DNA of 46,359 bases from a virus (Duplodnaviria > Caudoviricetes), in IMG/VR virus record IMGVR_UViG_3300037424_000570, positions 1 through 46,359 of that record. One strand, given 5' to 3'. This document shows, piece by piece, positions 9,169 through 18,250 of the stretch. Made by a program: the position numbers and the translations under genes. The notes beneath the pieces are model-generated. The model saw only the letters and a list, made by a program, of their open reading frames with translations, had not been told where the DNA came from and searched no databases. Each line of letters begins with the position of its first letter. Within the stretch, counting starts at the first letter, position 1.

Positions 9169-9915
9169 TTATATCGTCCAGTTTGAGAGTAACCCCATCC
9201 ATGACGGGACGCCAGTGCCAGCGGCAGGTGGAGTAGACGGGGTCGGCTTGCCCTTGATGATCACAGTCGGTGGAGGTTTGCCGATATGCCGCCTTGCTCC
9301 ACCCTGCGGACCACCCTTGCCGCGGATCTTGAACGGCGCGGGCGTACCGATTGGCTGTCCGTATGCGTTCAGCGCGCCGGGTTCGCCTGTATCCTTGCCA
9401 CGGCTCAGGTTCTCATAGCTCAGGCCGTAGTCGATACCTTGCCCTGTCCAGTACCCGCCGGGGCTGTAGTTGCGGGTCATGTTCGCCCACTCTTCGCCGG
9501 TGAATGGACCGACGCCGCCGAACGGGGAGAAGGCAGGGGCTTGCGTTGTAGTTGCCCGTCCCTCTGGCGCAATCCCTGGTGCTGGTTGCGGTGCATATGG
9601 GAATCCATAGCTTTGATATTGCCCAGTCGGTGCGAACCCGGAAACATTTGAAGCGCCTCCTACGGGTCGCACTCCAGCAAATACATTTTGGAATGATGGT
9701 GTAGCCGTTTGGTTCATGAACGTCGGCCAATAGCCCACGCCCTGTGTCTGCTGCGGTCCGAGGTTCTGCCGCGCCCAGTCCCACATGTTCCCGTACAGGG
9801 ATTGCAGGAAGCTCATCGTTTGCTGGTTGGCCGGGGGTTTCCGCTGTCCCTTCTTAGGCATTGAGCCATAGCCTACCACACCAAGAGGATTACCGGGGTT
9901 CACATAATCAGGCAT
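9169..9915 (-). CDS. Gly/Pro/Gln-rich putative internal virion protein
   Basis: 248 aa low-complexity ORF with AAGGAG RBS, between portal and giant virion protein. Confidence 0.6.
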   Translation of the reverse strand: MPDYVNPGNPLGVVGYGSMPKKGQRKPPANQQTMSFLQSLYGNMWDWARQNLGPQQTQGVGYWPTFMNQTATPSFQNVFAGVRPVGGASNVSGFAPTGQYQSYGFPYAPQPAPGIAPEGRATTTQAPAFSPFGGVGPFTGEEWANMTRNYSPGGYWTGQGIDYGLSYENLSRGKDTGEPGALNAYGQPIGTPAPFKIRGKGGPQGGARRHIGKPPPTVIIKGKPTPSTPPAAGTGVPSWMGLLSNWTI

Positions 9916-9916
9916 G

Positions 9917-10129
9917 TCATTTCTCCTTTAGCTTGCTCATCACCCGCTCCATTGCGACCGGGTTCTTATCCGCCAATCTAGCCTGCATCTCAGGCGGCAG
10001 GCCCGCCAATAGCATACGCTTCTCGATGTCGGCAACGGGGGCGAAGAACCGTGTCAGCCAGCGTTGCTGCCAATCCAGCACCTTCGCCTGCGATCCCATC
10101 TGCGAGGAGATTATGTTGTCGTAGTCCAT
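9917..10129 (-). CDS. Hypothetical protein (70 aa)
   Basis: Tight operon packing, RBS. Confidence 0.6.
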   Translation of the reverse strand: MDYDNIISSQMGSQAKVLDWQQRWLTRFFAPVADIEKRMLLAGLPPEMQARLADKNPVAMERVMSKLKEK

Positions 10130-10132
10130 ACG

Positions 10133-10510
10133 TCACTTCCTTTTCTTCTCGACATCGGCCACTACCCAGAAGATAGCCTTGGTAAGCTGGGTCACTACTC
10201 GCTCCTCGTGGTGTATCTCGTCCTCACGCATCTCGTTTACCAGGATGTGAAGTAGCTCGTGGACAATTACCCTCTCTGTCTCGTCATCACTTAGCTTTTC
10301 AATGACCGGTAGGTTTACATGTATTTCTGCCTTGCCATATATCCAATGGGTATATGTTCGGGCTACGACAAGAGTATCATCGTCGTTTACCCCGAAGTGG
10401 TCGATGATTGATTGTGGGTCGTTATAAAAGCTAATGTCAACGCGCCACCACCCCAACCCAAGCCTGGTGATCCACTTCTTGAAGAGCGACTCTATCTGCT
10501 TCTTCTTCAC
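10133..10510 (-). CDS. Small zincin-like (HExxH) protein
   Basis: VIVHELLH followed by EE; start overlaps portal stop. Confidence 0.7.
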   Translation of the reverse strand: MKKKQIESLFKKWITRLGLGWWRVDISFYNDPQSIIDHFGVNDDDTLVVARTYTHWIYGKAEIHVNLPVIEKLSDDETERVIVHELLHILVNEMREDEIHHEERVVTQLTKAIFWVVADVEKKRK

Positions 10511-12201
10511 GCTAATCCCATCCCTTCTTCTTCCGGCATCTGCTCGAACGCTGGCGTCTCAGGCCCCATCCCACCCATCTCCGTCTGTTCTACTGGCAGT
10601 CCCGATGCTGGCGGCTCTGTTGGCGCGCCGGCTGGTAGCTGCGGCTGCGGCGGCTGTAGCATCTTCTGTACCTCCATAGCATAGTATGCCTGATCCATCT
10701 GCTCGTCCCACAACTCTTGCTGTGCGTCGGCGTACTGTCCCATCTTGAGCAGCTCCTCATACAGCACACGTGTTGGCACCTTGCCGTATAGCTGGCCGAA
10801 TACCGCCGCGTTCTGCTGCATGTTCTGCGGCAGGGCAATGTCGAGCTTCACGTTCAGGTCAAACTGCTCGTCAATGCGGGCTACGTCGATGTCAATCTTC
10901 TTCTTCTTGCCGTAGTCGAACACGCTGTACGTACCGCCGCCCTTGCTGTCGTTCTTCAGCCATAGGAAGGCGATGCGCAAGGCTTCGGCGATAACCCGCC
11001 CTGATTGGTTGCGGATCGTCTCCAGCGGTATCTGCGCAGACTGCGACAGCATAGCGTGGGTACTGAATGCAGAGCCAGGGGACAGCGACGCGCCGCCGGC
11101 CACCTTGTACATCGTGCTCTCTTCGCCGGCGCGGATCGCCAGGTTTAGCGCCATCTCGAACGCCGGATCCATCTCATGTCTGAGTGTGGTCAATGTCCCA
11201 GTACCGGCATCAATATACTGGAACAAACCATCACGCTTGATAGCAGGCCGAGGTGCACCCTCGACGGGAGAACTCCACACAAGCGGCGTTACAAAGCCCT
11301 TTTCTCTCAGTTGCGTAAACATAGCGGTGTACATCAGGTTCTTGCGTGCGCCCATGCCGGAGCGCAACTCGGTAAGCAGGAACGGTTCGCGTTGATCCTC
11401 GGGTGAGCCGAACATGTCCGACCCCTCGCCCAGGTTGCAGGCGAACGGGATGAACGGGAGCTCATGGGGGATCAGATACAGCGGCTTGTCTGTGCCCTGG
11501 ATGTAGCAGCACTTGGTTTCCAGGTTCCAGTATTCCACCACCTTCTTCTTGGCAATCGTGCTGTCCAGGTCTGCCTTCGATGTGATTACCTTGCGAGCGT
11601 CCTTGAACTGTGCCAGTATCTGTTCGATGGTCAGCTCCCGGATGTAGACGAACTTGCATAGGCCGTAGTCATCCCACACCGGGTTGCAGGCGAGCGGATG
11701 CAGCGCCCGGAAGATGTACGGGGTGGCAGCGGCAAGCCGCTCAACCCTGGCCCGCTGCGCCGGAGATGCATCCTTGCCCAGCGCCGCGAGCATGTCAGCC
11801 GTGCTGTTGATTGCGATGATCGCCTCCGAGTACAGCAGCTCGGACAGAGATACGTTGTAGTGCAAAGGCTTCTGGCTGTAGTGGTTGGAGCAGGAGAGCA
11901 ATGCCTGCGCATACTTCTCCAGCTCGTCGGCCTGGTCTTTCAGCCCGCCGTCGTTGCGGTCGTATGGAACATTGACTATCGGCTCAGTGGATGTGAGCAG
12001 CCGCCGCGCCATGAGGATTGCGTTGCGGTTATCCGGCGAGCGGGTGAGTACGATTGTCTGCTCCGCCTCGTGCGGTGGGACGGGGATGTCATCGCGCATC
12101 AGGTAGATATTCTCGATTGCCTGCGCCGTGTCGTCCCGCTGCCCATAGCTGGCGATGATGTGCTCCGCGTCGTGTCTGATGTCATCAAAGGATAGTGTCA
12201 T
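10507..12201 (-). CDS. Portal protein (564 aa)
   Basis: Follows TerL with ATGA overlap and AGGAG RBS (start 12201 rather than 12297); size and acidic/Pro-rich C-terminus typical of podoviral portals. Confidence 0.8.
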   Translation of the reverse strand: MTLSFDDIRHDAEHIIASYGQRDDTAQAIENIYLMRDDIPVPPHEAEQTIVLTRSPDNRNAILMARRLLTSTEPIVNVPYDRNDGGLKDQADELEKYAQALLSCSNHYSQKPLHYNVSLSELLYSEAIIAINSTADMLAALGKDASPAQRARVERLAAATPYIFRALHPLACNPVWDDYGLCKFVYIRELTIEQILAQFKDARKVITSKADLDSTIAKKKVVEYWNLETKCCYIQGTDKPLYLIPHELPFIPFACNLGEGSDMFGSPEDQREPFLLTELRSGMGARKNLMYTAMFTQLREKGFVTPLVWSSPVEGAPRPAIKRDGLFQYIDAGTGTLTTLRHEMDPAFEMALNLAIRAGEESTMYKVAGGASLSPGSAFSTHAMLSQSAQIPLETIRNQSGRVIAEALRIAFLWLKNDSKGGGTYSVFDYGKKKKIDIDVARIDEQFDLNVKLDIALPQNMQQNAAVFGQLYGKVPTRVLYEELLKMGQYADAQQELWDEQMDQAYYAMEVQKMLQPPQPQLPAGAPTEPPASGLPVEQTEMGGMGPETPAFEQMPEEEGMGLA

Positions 12202-13469
12202 AGCACTCCTTGTTTCTGCAAGGCTTGCAGATAGTTGTCTCGCTGGGTGGTGTCGCCTGCTGTCTGTGGGCGTGGTGCGTTCTGCATCGCCCGCCACATG
12301 AGCGCGCGAGCGATAACGGTATCGTCGTGCAGTCCCTCGGGCGCGGAGTAATGAGATAGCCCCGTCTTGGTGGGTGTGCGCTCGTATGCTTCAAGCTCCG
12401 CCTTGCCTGCCTGGTCGGGGAGAAACTGGATTGACACACTGTCTAAGGCCAGCGCCAGCGCCTCAACGATTGCATTCTTCTGGGTGTGGCTGTTGGTCGG
12501 TATCCCCACAACTCTCAACTCTGCCTTGCGCAGGTAGTCAAGCGCCGCCTCCCCCATGCTGGCACTGTCACCGTAGATCACGGCCACCTTCCAGGCGTTG
12601 TATGCGCTCTCGATCCTCTGGTTCTGGTAGGTGTAGTCGATCTGGTTGAACCGCTCCAGGTATACCTCTTCGGCGCACGTGGCGCACCCGATGCTGATCA
12701 CCGTATAGTCTCCGCTCTTGGCATAGTCCAGACCCATCACAAGCGTATGCCCTTTGTGCTTCTGTACAGTAGTGGCCGGCGCATTCAGGCAGGCGTCGAT
12801 ATTGCGGAACACCTGGCCTTCACTCTCTAGGAACTTAGCAAGTATCTCCTGGTCAATCATCTCTTCTGTCATGTCGGCCATGAGCCTTGCCAATGCGTCT
12901 GGCTTGAGATATGGATTGTCATAGCTGGTCCCGTGGAATGCCGCATACTCGCCGGTCTCGTTGGCCTGTGCCTTGAGATACATCGTGTGTGCATGGTTGC
13001 GCCTGTTGGGGGTGAAGGCGAACCACGCGTCACCATCAGTATCAAGTAGCATCGGAGCACCCACTACGGACCATGTTCCCTCTGTCATAAAGCTGTACTC
13101 GTCAAGCAAGAGCAGGTCAGCCCAGTCACCACGCAGGGTATCGGCGTCATAGGCTGTCTGAGTTTGGATAAAGCCACTGCCCATCTCAAGCACACGGTCG
13201 GTCTCATTCTTGTACACGTAGCCCGCATCTATCAGCGGCTTCAGATACTTCTTGCACTTGCGCCAGAAGGCGTTGGTCTGCTTTGCCACCGGCGCAGCTT
13301 CGATCACCTTCTTCCCGTTTAGAAACGCTACACATGCCACCAGCGCGAAGAGTGTAGTCTTGCCAAACCTGCGGGCACACGCTAAAACCTTGCGCTTCGC
13401 CTTACTATTGACAATCTCAGTCTGCTTCGGCGTCGGTCTCGGAAGCCTCACGTCCAATGTCGTCGTCAT
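12198..13469 (-). CDS. terL: Terminase large subunit
   Basis: Walker A ARRFGKT, Walker B LLLLDE, FTP coupling motif, nuclease GLDYAKSGDYT and HDDTVIA. Confidence 0.95.
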   Translation of the reverse strand: MTTTLDVRLPRPTPKQTEIVNSKAKRKVLACARRFGKTTLFALVACVAFLNGKKVIEAAPVAKQTNAFWRKCKKYLKPLIDAGYVYKNETDRVLEMGSGFIQTQTAYDADTLRGDWADLLLLDEYSFMTEGTWSVVGAPMLLDTDGDAWFAFTPNRRNHAHTMYLKAQANETGEYAAFHGTSYDNPYLKPDALARLMADMTEEMIDQEILAKFLESEGQVFRNIDACLNAPATTVQKHKGHTLVMGLDYAKSGDYTVISIGCATCAEEVYLERFNQIDYTYQNQRIESAYNAWKVAVIYGDSASMGEAALDYLRKAELRVVGIPTNSHTQKNAIVEALALALDSVSIQFLPDQAGKAELEAYERTPTKTGLSHYSAPEGLHDDTVIARALMWRAMQNAPRPQTAGDTTQRDNYLQALQKQGVL

Positions 13470-13716
13470 AAATGATCCTGATTAGCAGAGGTCCTCCGTC
13501 ATTCGCTACTGGTTGCTTGGGCTTGCCAACTGCATACTCAAGCAGCAGCCTGGCAGCAGCCACGTCACCACGCTTCGCCTGCCTGATCAAACCGTCGAGG
13601 ATTGCATCGAACTCGCCGTTCGTCAGGCGCGCAGATAGCCGCTGCACCAGGCGCTCCTCTGCCTGCCGCTTAGGTCTCCCGCTTGGATTTCCGCTTTGCC
13701 CTGGCTTGAAAGTCAT
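13417..13716 (-). CDS. terS: Terminase small subunit (DUF5681-type)
   Basis: N-terminal FKPGQSGNPSGRPK motif and GDVAAARLLLEY..GKP, directly upstream of terL. Confidence 0.75.
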   Translation of the reverse strand: MTFKPGQSGNPSGRPKRQAEERLVQRLSARLTNGEFDAILDGLIRQAKRGDVAAARLLLEYAVGKPKQPVANDGGPLLIRIIYDDDIGREASETDAEAD

Positions 13717-13900
13717 TGTTAGTACCTTGATCTGGGCTTGCTATCAGCTTGATTTGACATGATACATAGCCGTGGATCATGCCCAGTAATTCCTGTGCCT
13801 GTGACAGCGCATACTCAGGTAGCTCCAGCGTCACATGGATTGTGCCGTCACTGGCACGCGAACGAACGCTCTCAATCTCGCACTCGAATTGCATACGCAT
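13670..13900 (-). CDS. Hypothetical protein (76 aa), first gene of packaging operon
   Basis: ORF starts ~11 nt after TATAAT; probably near-leaderless. Confidence 0.55.
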   Translation of the reverse strand: MRMQFECEIESVRSRASDGTIHVTLELPEYALSQAQELLGMIHGYVSCQIKLIASPDQGTNNDFQARAKRKSKRET

Positions 13901-13923
13901 TAATCCGATTAATTATACCACAC
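13899..13923 (-). promoter_or_regulatory. Late promoter (TGgTATAAT) with palindromic operator
   Basis: Same 19-bp motif as 1178-1196; upstream of the terminase operon. Confidence 0.7.
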
Positions 13924-14010
13924 GCTGTATACGATTGGCTACAGTTGCGGGGTGGAGACTGTGAATTCTTAGAACAAAATAGAACGAGTTGTAAAACCGC
14001 CTTATACCCC

Positions 14011-14039
14011 TTGACTACTAGCTAATAGTATGATATTAT
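14011..14039 (+). promoter_or_regulatory. Sigma70-type promoter
   Basis: TTGACT-N17-TATTAT with extended TG. Confidence 0.75.
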
Positions 14040-14066
14040 ATAGGCAGATAGAGAGAGGAGCACGAG

Positions 14067-14480
14067 ATGACCGAGAACATGAGCGTAACCGAGATTGAAC
14101 GAGCAGCAGCAACCCTACTCAGCAAGACCGTAGTTTGGGATCCCGCAGTCGAGAGCTGGATCGAGCGCCTGTTAGCAGATCCAAGCCTCATTGAGTACTG
14201 CCCGGAGGGGCACCACCCCAACAGCGCATCATATGAGATGAAATTTGATTGGAACGATCCATCCCTGGGCGACAAACTTCCTCGCCGTCAGGCACGCCTG
14301 ATCTGCCAGGCAGTCTGCAACTTGGGTTACTCACTCGTTGCGTACCGGGACGACGGCAGGCCAACTGGAGATGTGATGCACTCCATCGGCAGTGGCCTCG
14401 CAGTAACAACCAGTCTGGCGGCAGCAGTTGTTGAGTTCCACCTGGCAGTCCTGAACGCGGCCTACCTGGAGCAATCATGA
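14067..14480 (+). CDS. Hypothetical early protein (137 aa)
   Basis: GAGGAG RBS, downstream of a consensus promoter. Confidence 0.7.
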   Translation: MTENMSVTEIERAAATLLSKTVVWDPAVESWIERLLADPSLIEYCPEGHHPNSASYEMKFDWNDPSLGDKLPRRQARLICQAVCNLGYSLVAYRDDGRPTGDVMHSIGSGLAVTTSLAAAVVEFHLAVLNAAYLEQS

Positions 14481-14890
14481 CCAGCCACACTCGCACCCCC
14501 GAGGCTAACCGCAAAGCGAACGCCGCCCGCCGTTCCCGCCTCACCCAGGCGGCGCAGGCAGCGGGATACGGAAGCATAGACCAACTAGCGCAGGCAATTT
14601 TGAGAGGAGAGATTGAAATGAGTACAAACTATGGCAAGGTGATTTACCAGGGCAAGACCTACAAGCTTTACAACCAGGCCGAACTGACAAACCGTGTGTT
14701 CCCCGGTTGGTGGGGTGATGCCGAGAAAGGCGAGTCATACACCGCTGAGTGGGCAGCCGATGCCGCCGACGAGCAGGGGCAGGATTGCAAGGTTGTCTGG
14801 CAGTGGCAGGAGATCAAGGGCGAGGAGCTGGAAGACGCTGGCAACTACCCCTGGGATGACGATCAAGTAGATCGTATAGTCGAGCAATAA
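14477..14890 (+). CDS. Hypothetical protein; second in-frame start at 14618
   Basis: ATGA overlap at 14477; internal GAGGAG RBS before MSTNYGKVIY. Confidence 0.7.
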   Translation: MTSHTRTPEANRKANAARRSRLTQAAQAAGYGSIDQLAQAILRGEIEMSTNYGKVIYQGKTYKLYNQAELTNRVFPGWWGDAEKGESYTAEWAADAADEQGQDCKVVWQWQEIKGEELEDAGNYPWDDDQVDRIVEQ

Positions 14891-14914
14891 ATCATATCTC
14901 TTCCCCCTCCCGCG

Positions 14915-14986
14915 CCGGCTGCCTCTGCGACCCTGCAAGCAGCCGGTTGCCGTTTAACGCAAGAGCCGCCAGATTAGTGGCGGCTC
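14915..14986. terminator. Two hairpins between convergent transcripts
   Basis: CCGGCTGC/GCAGCCGG (14915-14946) and GAGCCGCC/GGCGGCTC (14963-14986), the latter followed by TTGCGTT on the minus strand. Confidence 0.55.
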
Positions 14987-15000
14987 CGTGTTCCTACAAT

Positions 15001-15172
15001 GTCGATGGCAAGGGGAGTGGGCCGACTGGTAGCCAGTTATTCTCCGAGAAGGGCTACTCCGCGCAACTCCGTGAGGAGTTTCGGGGCGTTACTCCCTCAT
15101 CAGGCGCCAAGCCTCGGATCAGATGCTGCCTGCATATCGGCCCGGTGGCAGCCCACGCCCATTGCCATCGAC
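15001..15172 (-). ncRNA. Structured non-coding RNA containing a type I hammerhead ribozyme (core 15043-15118)
   Basis: Minus strand reads GCGC-CUGAUGA-GGG..CCC-GAAA-CUCC UCAC GGAG-UU-GCGC with extended stem I; enclosed by GUCGAUGGCAA/UUGCCAUCGAC. Confidence 0.85.
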
Positions 15173-15179
15173 TTGATTT

Positions 15180-15208
15180 ATTATACCACGTGCGCGTTCT
15201 TGCACGTG
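15180..15208 (-). promoter_or_regulatory. Promoter of the hammerhead RNA with overlapping inverted repeat
   Basis: TGgTATAAT (15180-15188) 7 nt upstream of the RNA 5' end; CACGTGC-N8-GCACGTG at 15187-15208. Confidence 0.7.
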
Positions 15209-15238
15209 CCTGAGTGTGAGCGCGCAGGGGTGCACGAT

Positions 15239-15640
15239 TCACGCGTTCGCACCGCCGGGGGAGGGGGCTAGCGTTGCCAGTAGTGCGGCGCGGCAGATCA
15301 TCAATGGCACTTCGTCAATAGATTCAAATTCAACGTAGCTCTCAACGAAATCTGGCAATCCCGGCATTCCGTGCACGAATGACACCGACCATACGTTGCT
15401 CCCAAGATCAAATTGATAGCGCTTGTTCATCTTCTCCACCACCTGCCACGCCGCGGCGATGTCGGTGGAATAATACTCAATGATTGGCGCACCCACAAAG
15501 GGAATTGGGTCTCTAGTATGCAGCCACTCGCCAGAATATTTGTGAACGAATGGCAACCCCATCACATATTCTGCTACCCAGGCATCCATCTGCCTGCCTG
15601 CTGGCTCACTCTCAATCATCTCTCTCATTAGTTCGTCCAT
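15239..15640 (-). CDS. Phage ABA-sandwich-like protein
   Basis: DAWVAEYVMG...YSTDIAAAWQVVEKM...PLMICRAALLA pattern. Confidence 0.7.
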   Translation of the reverse strand: MDELMREMIESEPAGRQMDAWVAEYVMGLPFVHKYSGEWLHTRDPIPFVGAPIIEYYSTDIAAAWQVVEKMNKRYQFDLGSNVWSVSFVHGMPGLPDFVESYVEFESIDEVPLMICRAALLATLAPSPGGANA

Positions 15641-15641
15641 C

Positions 15642-15854
15642 TTATTCTCCTCTCTCTTTCGCTAGTACCGTCGGGGGAGGGGGCTTGAGTATATTCTCCC
15701 CTCTACAATGCCGTCTAATATCAACCGGTTTGCCTTTCACGAGCTTATAAGTGGCAGCGAGATCGTGCCCATGAATACCGCAATATCCGAGGGCGTCCGG
15801 TCTTCTGCTAACAGTTTCAGTACATCCACATTTGTATTCAATAATCCAGATCAT
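15642..15854 (-). CDS. Small Cys/His protein (70 aa)
   Basis: CGC...CGIH; RBS; operon packing. Confidence 0.6.
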   Translation of the reverse strand: MIWIIEYKCGCTETVSRRPDALGYCGIHGHDLAATYKLVKGKPVDIRRHCRGENILKPPPPTVLAKERGE

Positions 15855-15869
15855 TTGTGCCTCTTTGCA

Positions 15870-16460
15870 TTATAGCCCATCGACCGGCTTCAGCACCTGC
15901 TCCATGATCCGATGCCCCTCCGCTGTCAGTCGCAGCCCCAGCTGACGGGCGTCCGGGTCCTTCCACTCCGCGAGCTGCCGTGTCACCATCTCATCACGCA
16001 GCGCCTCGAACTCGGTGATGCTGAATGGCCTGTACTTCCCCGCCCATGCCCGCTCGGAGAACGGCTTAGCCTCCACCAGCAGCCCGCGTGCCAGCAGTTC
16101 GAGCTGTCTGTCTGTGACGGGGAGGTAGTAATGCCTGGCCGCCTGGAAGCCCGCCTCATTCGTGTAGTACACGTTGATGGGCTTGCGTGGCTCGGGCGGA
16201 GGCGGCGCCGCTTCGACTGCATGGACCACGGGCAGCGGCTCGCGGGGGTAGGCTGCATCACGCCACACCAGGAACGATGACCACAGCCAGTAGACCATCA
16301 TCACCCCCCCCACTCCGACTGCAATTGGGAGGGGGGGTCGCCAATCCCACCACACACACGCGCCGTATGCTATCACGCCGACGACCAGCCCGAGGCCGGC
16401 AGCCTGGGCAGCGGGAATTACGACAGCAGACGAGCACGAGTCAGAGTAACGCGATGGCAC
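15870..16460 (-). CDS. Membrane-anchored protein with C-terminal winged-helix-like domain
   Basis: Two hydrophobic helices, Pro linker, ...LRLTAEGHRIM wing motif; upstream GTGTATAAT near 16533-16541. Confidence 0.6.
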   Translation of the reverse strand: MPSRYSDSCSSAVVIPAAQAAGLGLVVGVIAYGACVWWDWRPPLPIAVGVGGVMMVYWLWSSFLVWRDAAYPREPLPVVHAVEAAPPPPEPRKPINVYYTNEAGFQAARHYYLPVTDRQLELLARGLLVEAKPFSERAWAGKYRPFSITEFEALRDEMVTRQLAEWKDPDARQLGLRLTAEGHRIMEQVLKPVDGL

Positions 16461-16568
16461 AAAATCACAGGCTTTCTACACACTTTTTCATGGTTCGTGT
16501 AATATTTCTTATCAGAACCATACACTGTATTCGATTATACACTACGTAGTCGTTACCCCCCACCCCTC

Positions 16569-17060
16569 TCACGTCTCCGGCAGTACCCGCGGCGTAGGCA
16601 CCGCAATCACCGGCACAATCGCGAACCCAGTCAGCGCCGTGCTCATCGCCTGCCCGACGCCCTGTACCACGTGCCAGCCGTCCGCCGTCAGCGCCTTCGC
16701 AAACTCCGACATCCGCATCCAGCGCATGGCGTAGCCGGGGCCGGCCAGGTAGCGCACCAGCAGGTCGCGGCACTCCGACGTGCGCACCATGCAGGCGAGA
16801 TTCCAGAGTTGCTCATTGCCGTAGCGCGCTCCCGGCCAGATGACGATGCGTGTGCCTGTGATTTTCTCTTCCAGCACCTGCGCCAGCGGGTTATTCATCG
16901 CAGTTGCCACGCCCGTGATTGTCTCAATCTCGCTGATCGCCACGATCTCTGCCTCCCCGATGGGCATGCCGCCGGAGCAGGACACCAGCACGAAGGCAAT
17001 AAAAAAAAGCGCCCATTGCTTTAATGCGAAGCGGTAAGTATAAAAATATTTTGTGTCCAT
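16569..17060 (-). CDS. Putative lipoprotein
   Basis: Hydrophobic signal ending in lipobox-like LVSC. Confidence 0.6.
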   Translation of the reverse strand: MDTKYFYTYRFALKQWALFFIAFVLVSCSGGMPIGEAEIVAISEIETITGVATAMNNPLAQVLEEKITGTRIVIWPGARYGNEQLWNLACMVRTSECRDLLVRYLAGPGYAMRWMRMSEFAKALTADGWHVVQGVGQAMSTALTGFAIVPVIAVPTPRVLPET

Positions 17061-17061
17061 A

Positions 17062-17229
17062 TTAATTCCCTTTCTCCGTTAGCTTCTTGTGTATGTCCAT
17101 AGCCGTTGTTGCAATCACGAATAGACAGAAACACCCCAGGATCAGGAAGGTCTCTGTTAGGCTGAGATCTAAAATATCAGACGCTATTGCAAGAACAACA
17201 AAACCAATCGTAAATAGAAAGCTCATCAT
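17062..17229 (-). CDS. Small two-TM membrane protein (55 aa, not in ORF track)
   Basis: MMSFLFTIGFVVLAIASDILDLSLTETFLILGCFCLFVIATTAMDIHKKLTEKGN; ATGA overlap. Confidence 0.55.
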   Translation of the reverse strand: MMSFLFTIGFVVLAIASDILDLSLTETFLILGCFCLFVIATTAMDIHKKLTEKGN

Positions 17230-17534
17230 ATTCTCACTTTCTTTTCGTCCACTATAGTTTCAAGATGCTCTGCCCATTGTTTCAGGTTTGCGTTCTCCTC
17301 CCTCAGCCGCCGCAAGTCGGCGAGCAACTTATCCTCAATCGGGCGGGTGTTCCACATTATTATCGCCTCCTCTTTCGATAAGAGGATGTCCGATCCGGTA
17401 AACGCACACTCGTTCACGTTTTCTTGAGCACATAAGATTGGGTCGTAATATTTGCAATCAACAGTCCAGCCGCCTACTCGGTTAGCTATAACGGCGGCTC
17501 GCCCACAGAACGGGCATGGCTTTAGTTCGTCCAT
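17226..17534 (-). CDS. lar: Lar-family restriction alleviation protein
   Basis: ELKPCPFCG...EEAIIMWNTR signature. Confidence 0.75.
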   Translation of the reverse strand: MDELKPCPFCGRAAVIANRVGGWTVDCKYYDPILCAQENVNECAFTGSDILLSKEEAIIMWNTRPIEDKLLADLRRLREENANLKQWAEHLETIVDEKKVRI

Positions 17535-17537
17535 CTC

Positions 17538-17930
17538 TCACTCGCTTCCTTTGTCATATAATCCATACTGCATCAAGAGGAATACCCTGCACACTGCCAT
17601 CTTCGGGTCGTCCGCTCGCGCCCAGAAATTTACAACCGGCAGCGGGCCGGGGCCGAAGTGATCGAGAGCCTTGATCTCGGCCCAGAAAATGACGTGATTA
17701 TCGACGCCATACCCGGCTACCTGCGTTAGCCTCCTGAACGGATTGGCTACGATCCTGTCAATCAGGTAGCCCGTGTCACGCCAATCCGTAGATGGTTGCC
17801 ACTTGCGGATGATGCGCTTGCCGTCACGCCAGATGTTGCTCCGTCCGATCTGCTTCCAGCCCATCGATACGGCGACTGCCGCGTCGGTCTGCTTGCCGGG
17901 TTCGAGGGATAGGATCTCGTCGCGTGTCAT
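17538..17930 (-). CDS. Phage ABA-sandwich-like protein (paralog of 15239-15640)
   Basis: DAAVAVSMGW...PSTDWRDTGYLIDR...PKMAVCR. Confidence 0.6.
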   Translation of the reverse strand: MTRDEILSLEPGKQTDAAVAVSMGWKQIGRSNIWRDGKRIIRKWQPSTDWRDTGYLIDRIVANPFRRLTQVAGYGVDNHVIFWAEIKALDHFGPGPLPVVNFWARADDPKMAVCRVFLLMQYGLYDKGSE

Positions 17931-18172
17931 GGCTTCACCCATTCCGCGCACAACTGCGCCGCATCTGTGCCAGGTATCTCAGCCCACGGCACGCCAAAGA
18001 TACTCCCATCATCGCAGATCACCTGGCATCCACCCGCCATTGAGACGTTATTGGTATAGCCCATGTAAGTGCACGCTATCGAGCTTGCTATCTGCGTGCC
18101 AACCCATAGTCCAAATATCATGCAAAGTATCATCAGTATTATCCAGCCAATAGCATTGTCGTTCATTCTCAT
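17927..18172 (-). CDS. Small membrane protein (81 aa)
   Basis: N-terminal TM helix; AAGGA RBS. Confidence 0.55.
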   Translation of the reverse strand: MRMNDNAIGWIILMILCMIFGLWVGTQIASSIACTYMGYTNNVSMAGGCQVICDDGSIFGVPWAEIPGTDAAQLCAEWVKP

Positions 18173-18250
18173 CCTTCTTTCTATCTAGCGCCCGAAATGT
18201 AACGCTAAACTGCACATTGTAGGGCATTTTAATACGCTGTAGACAAGTGA

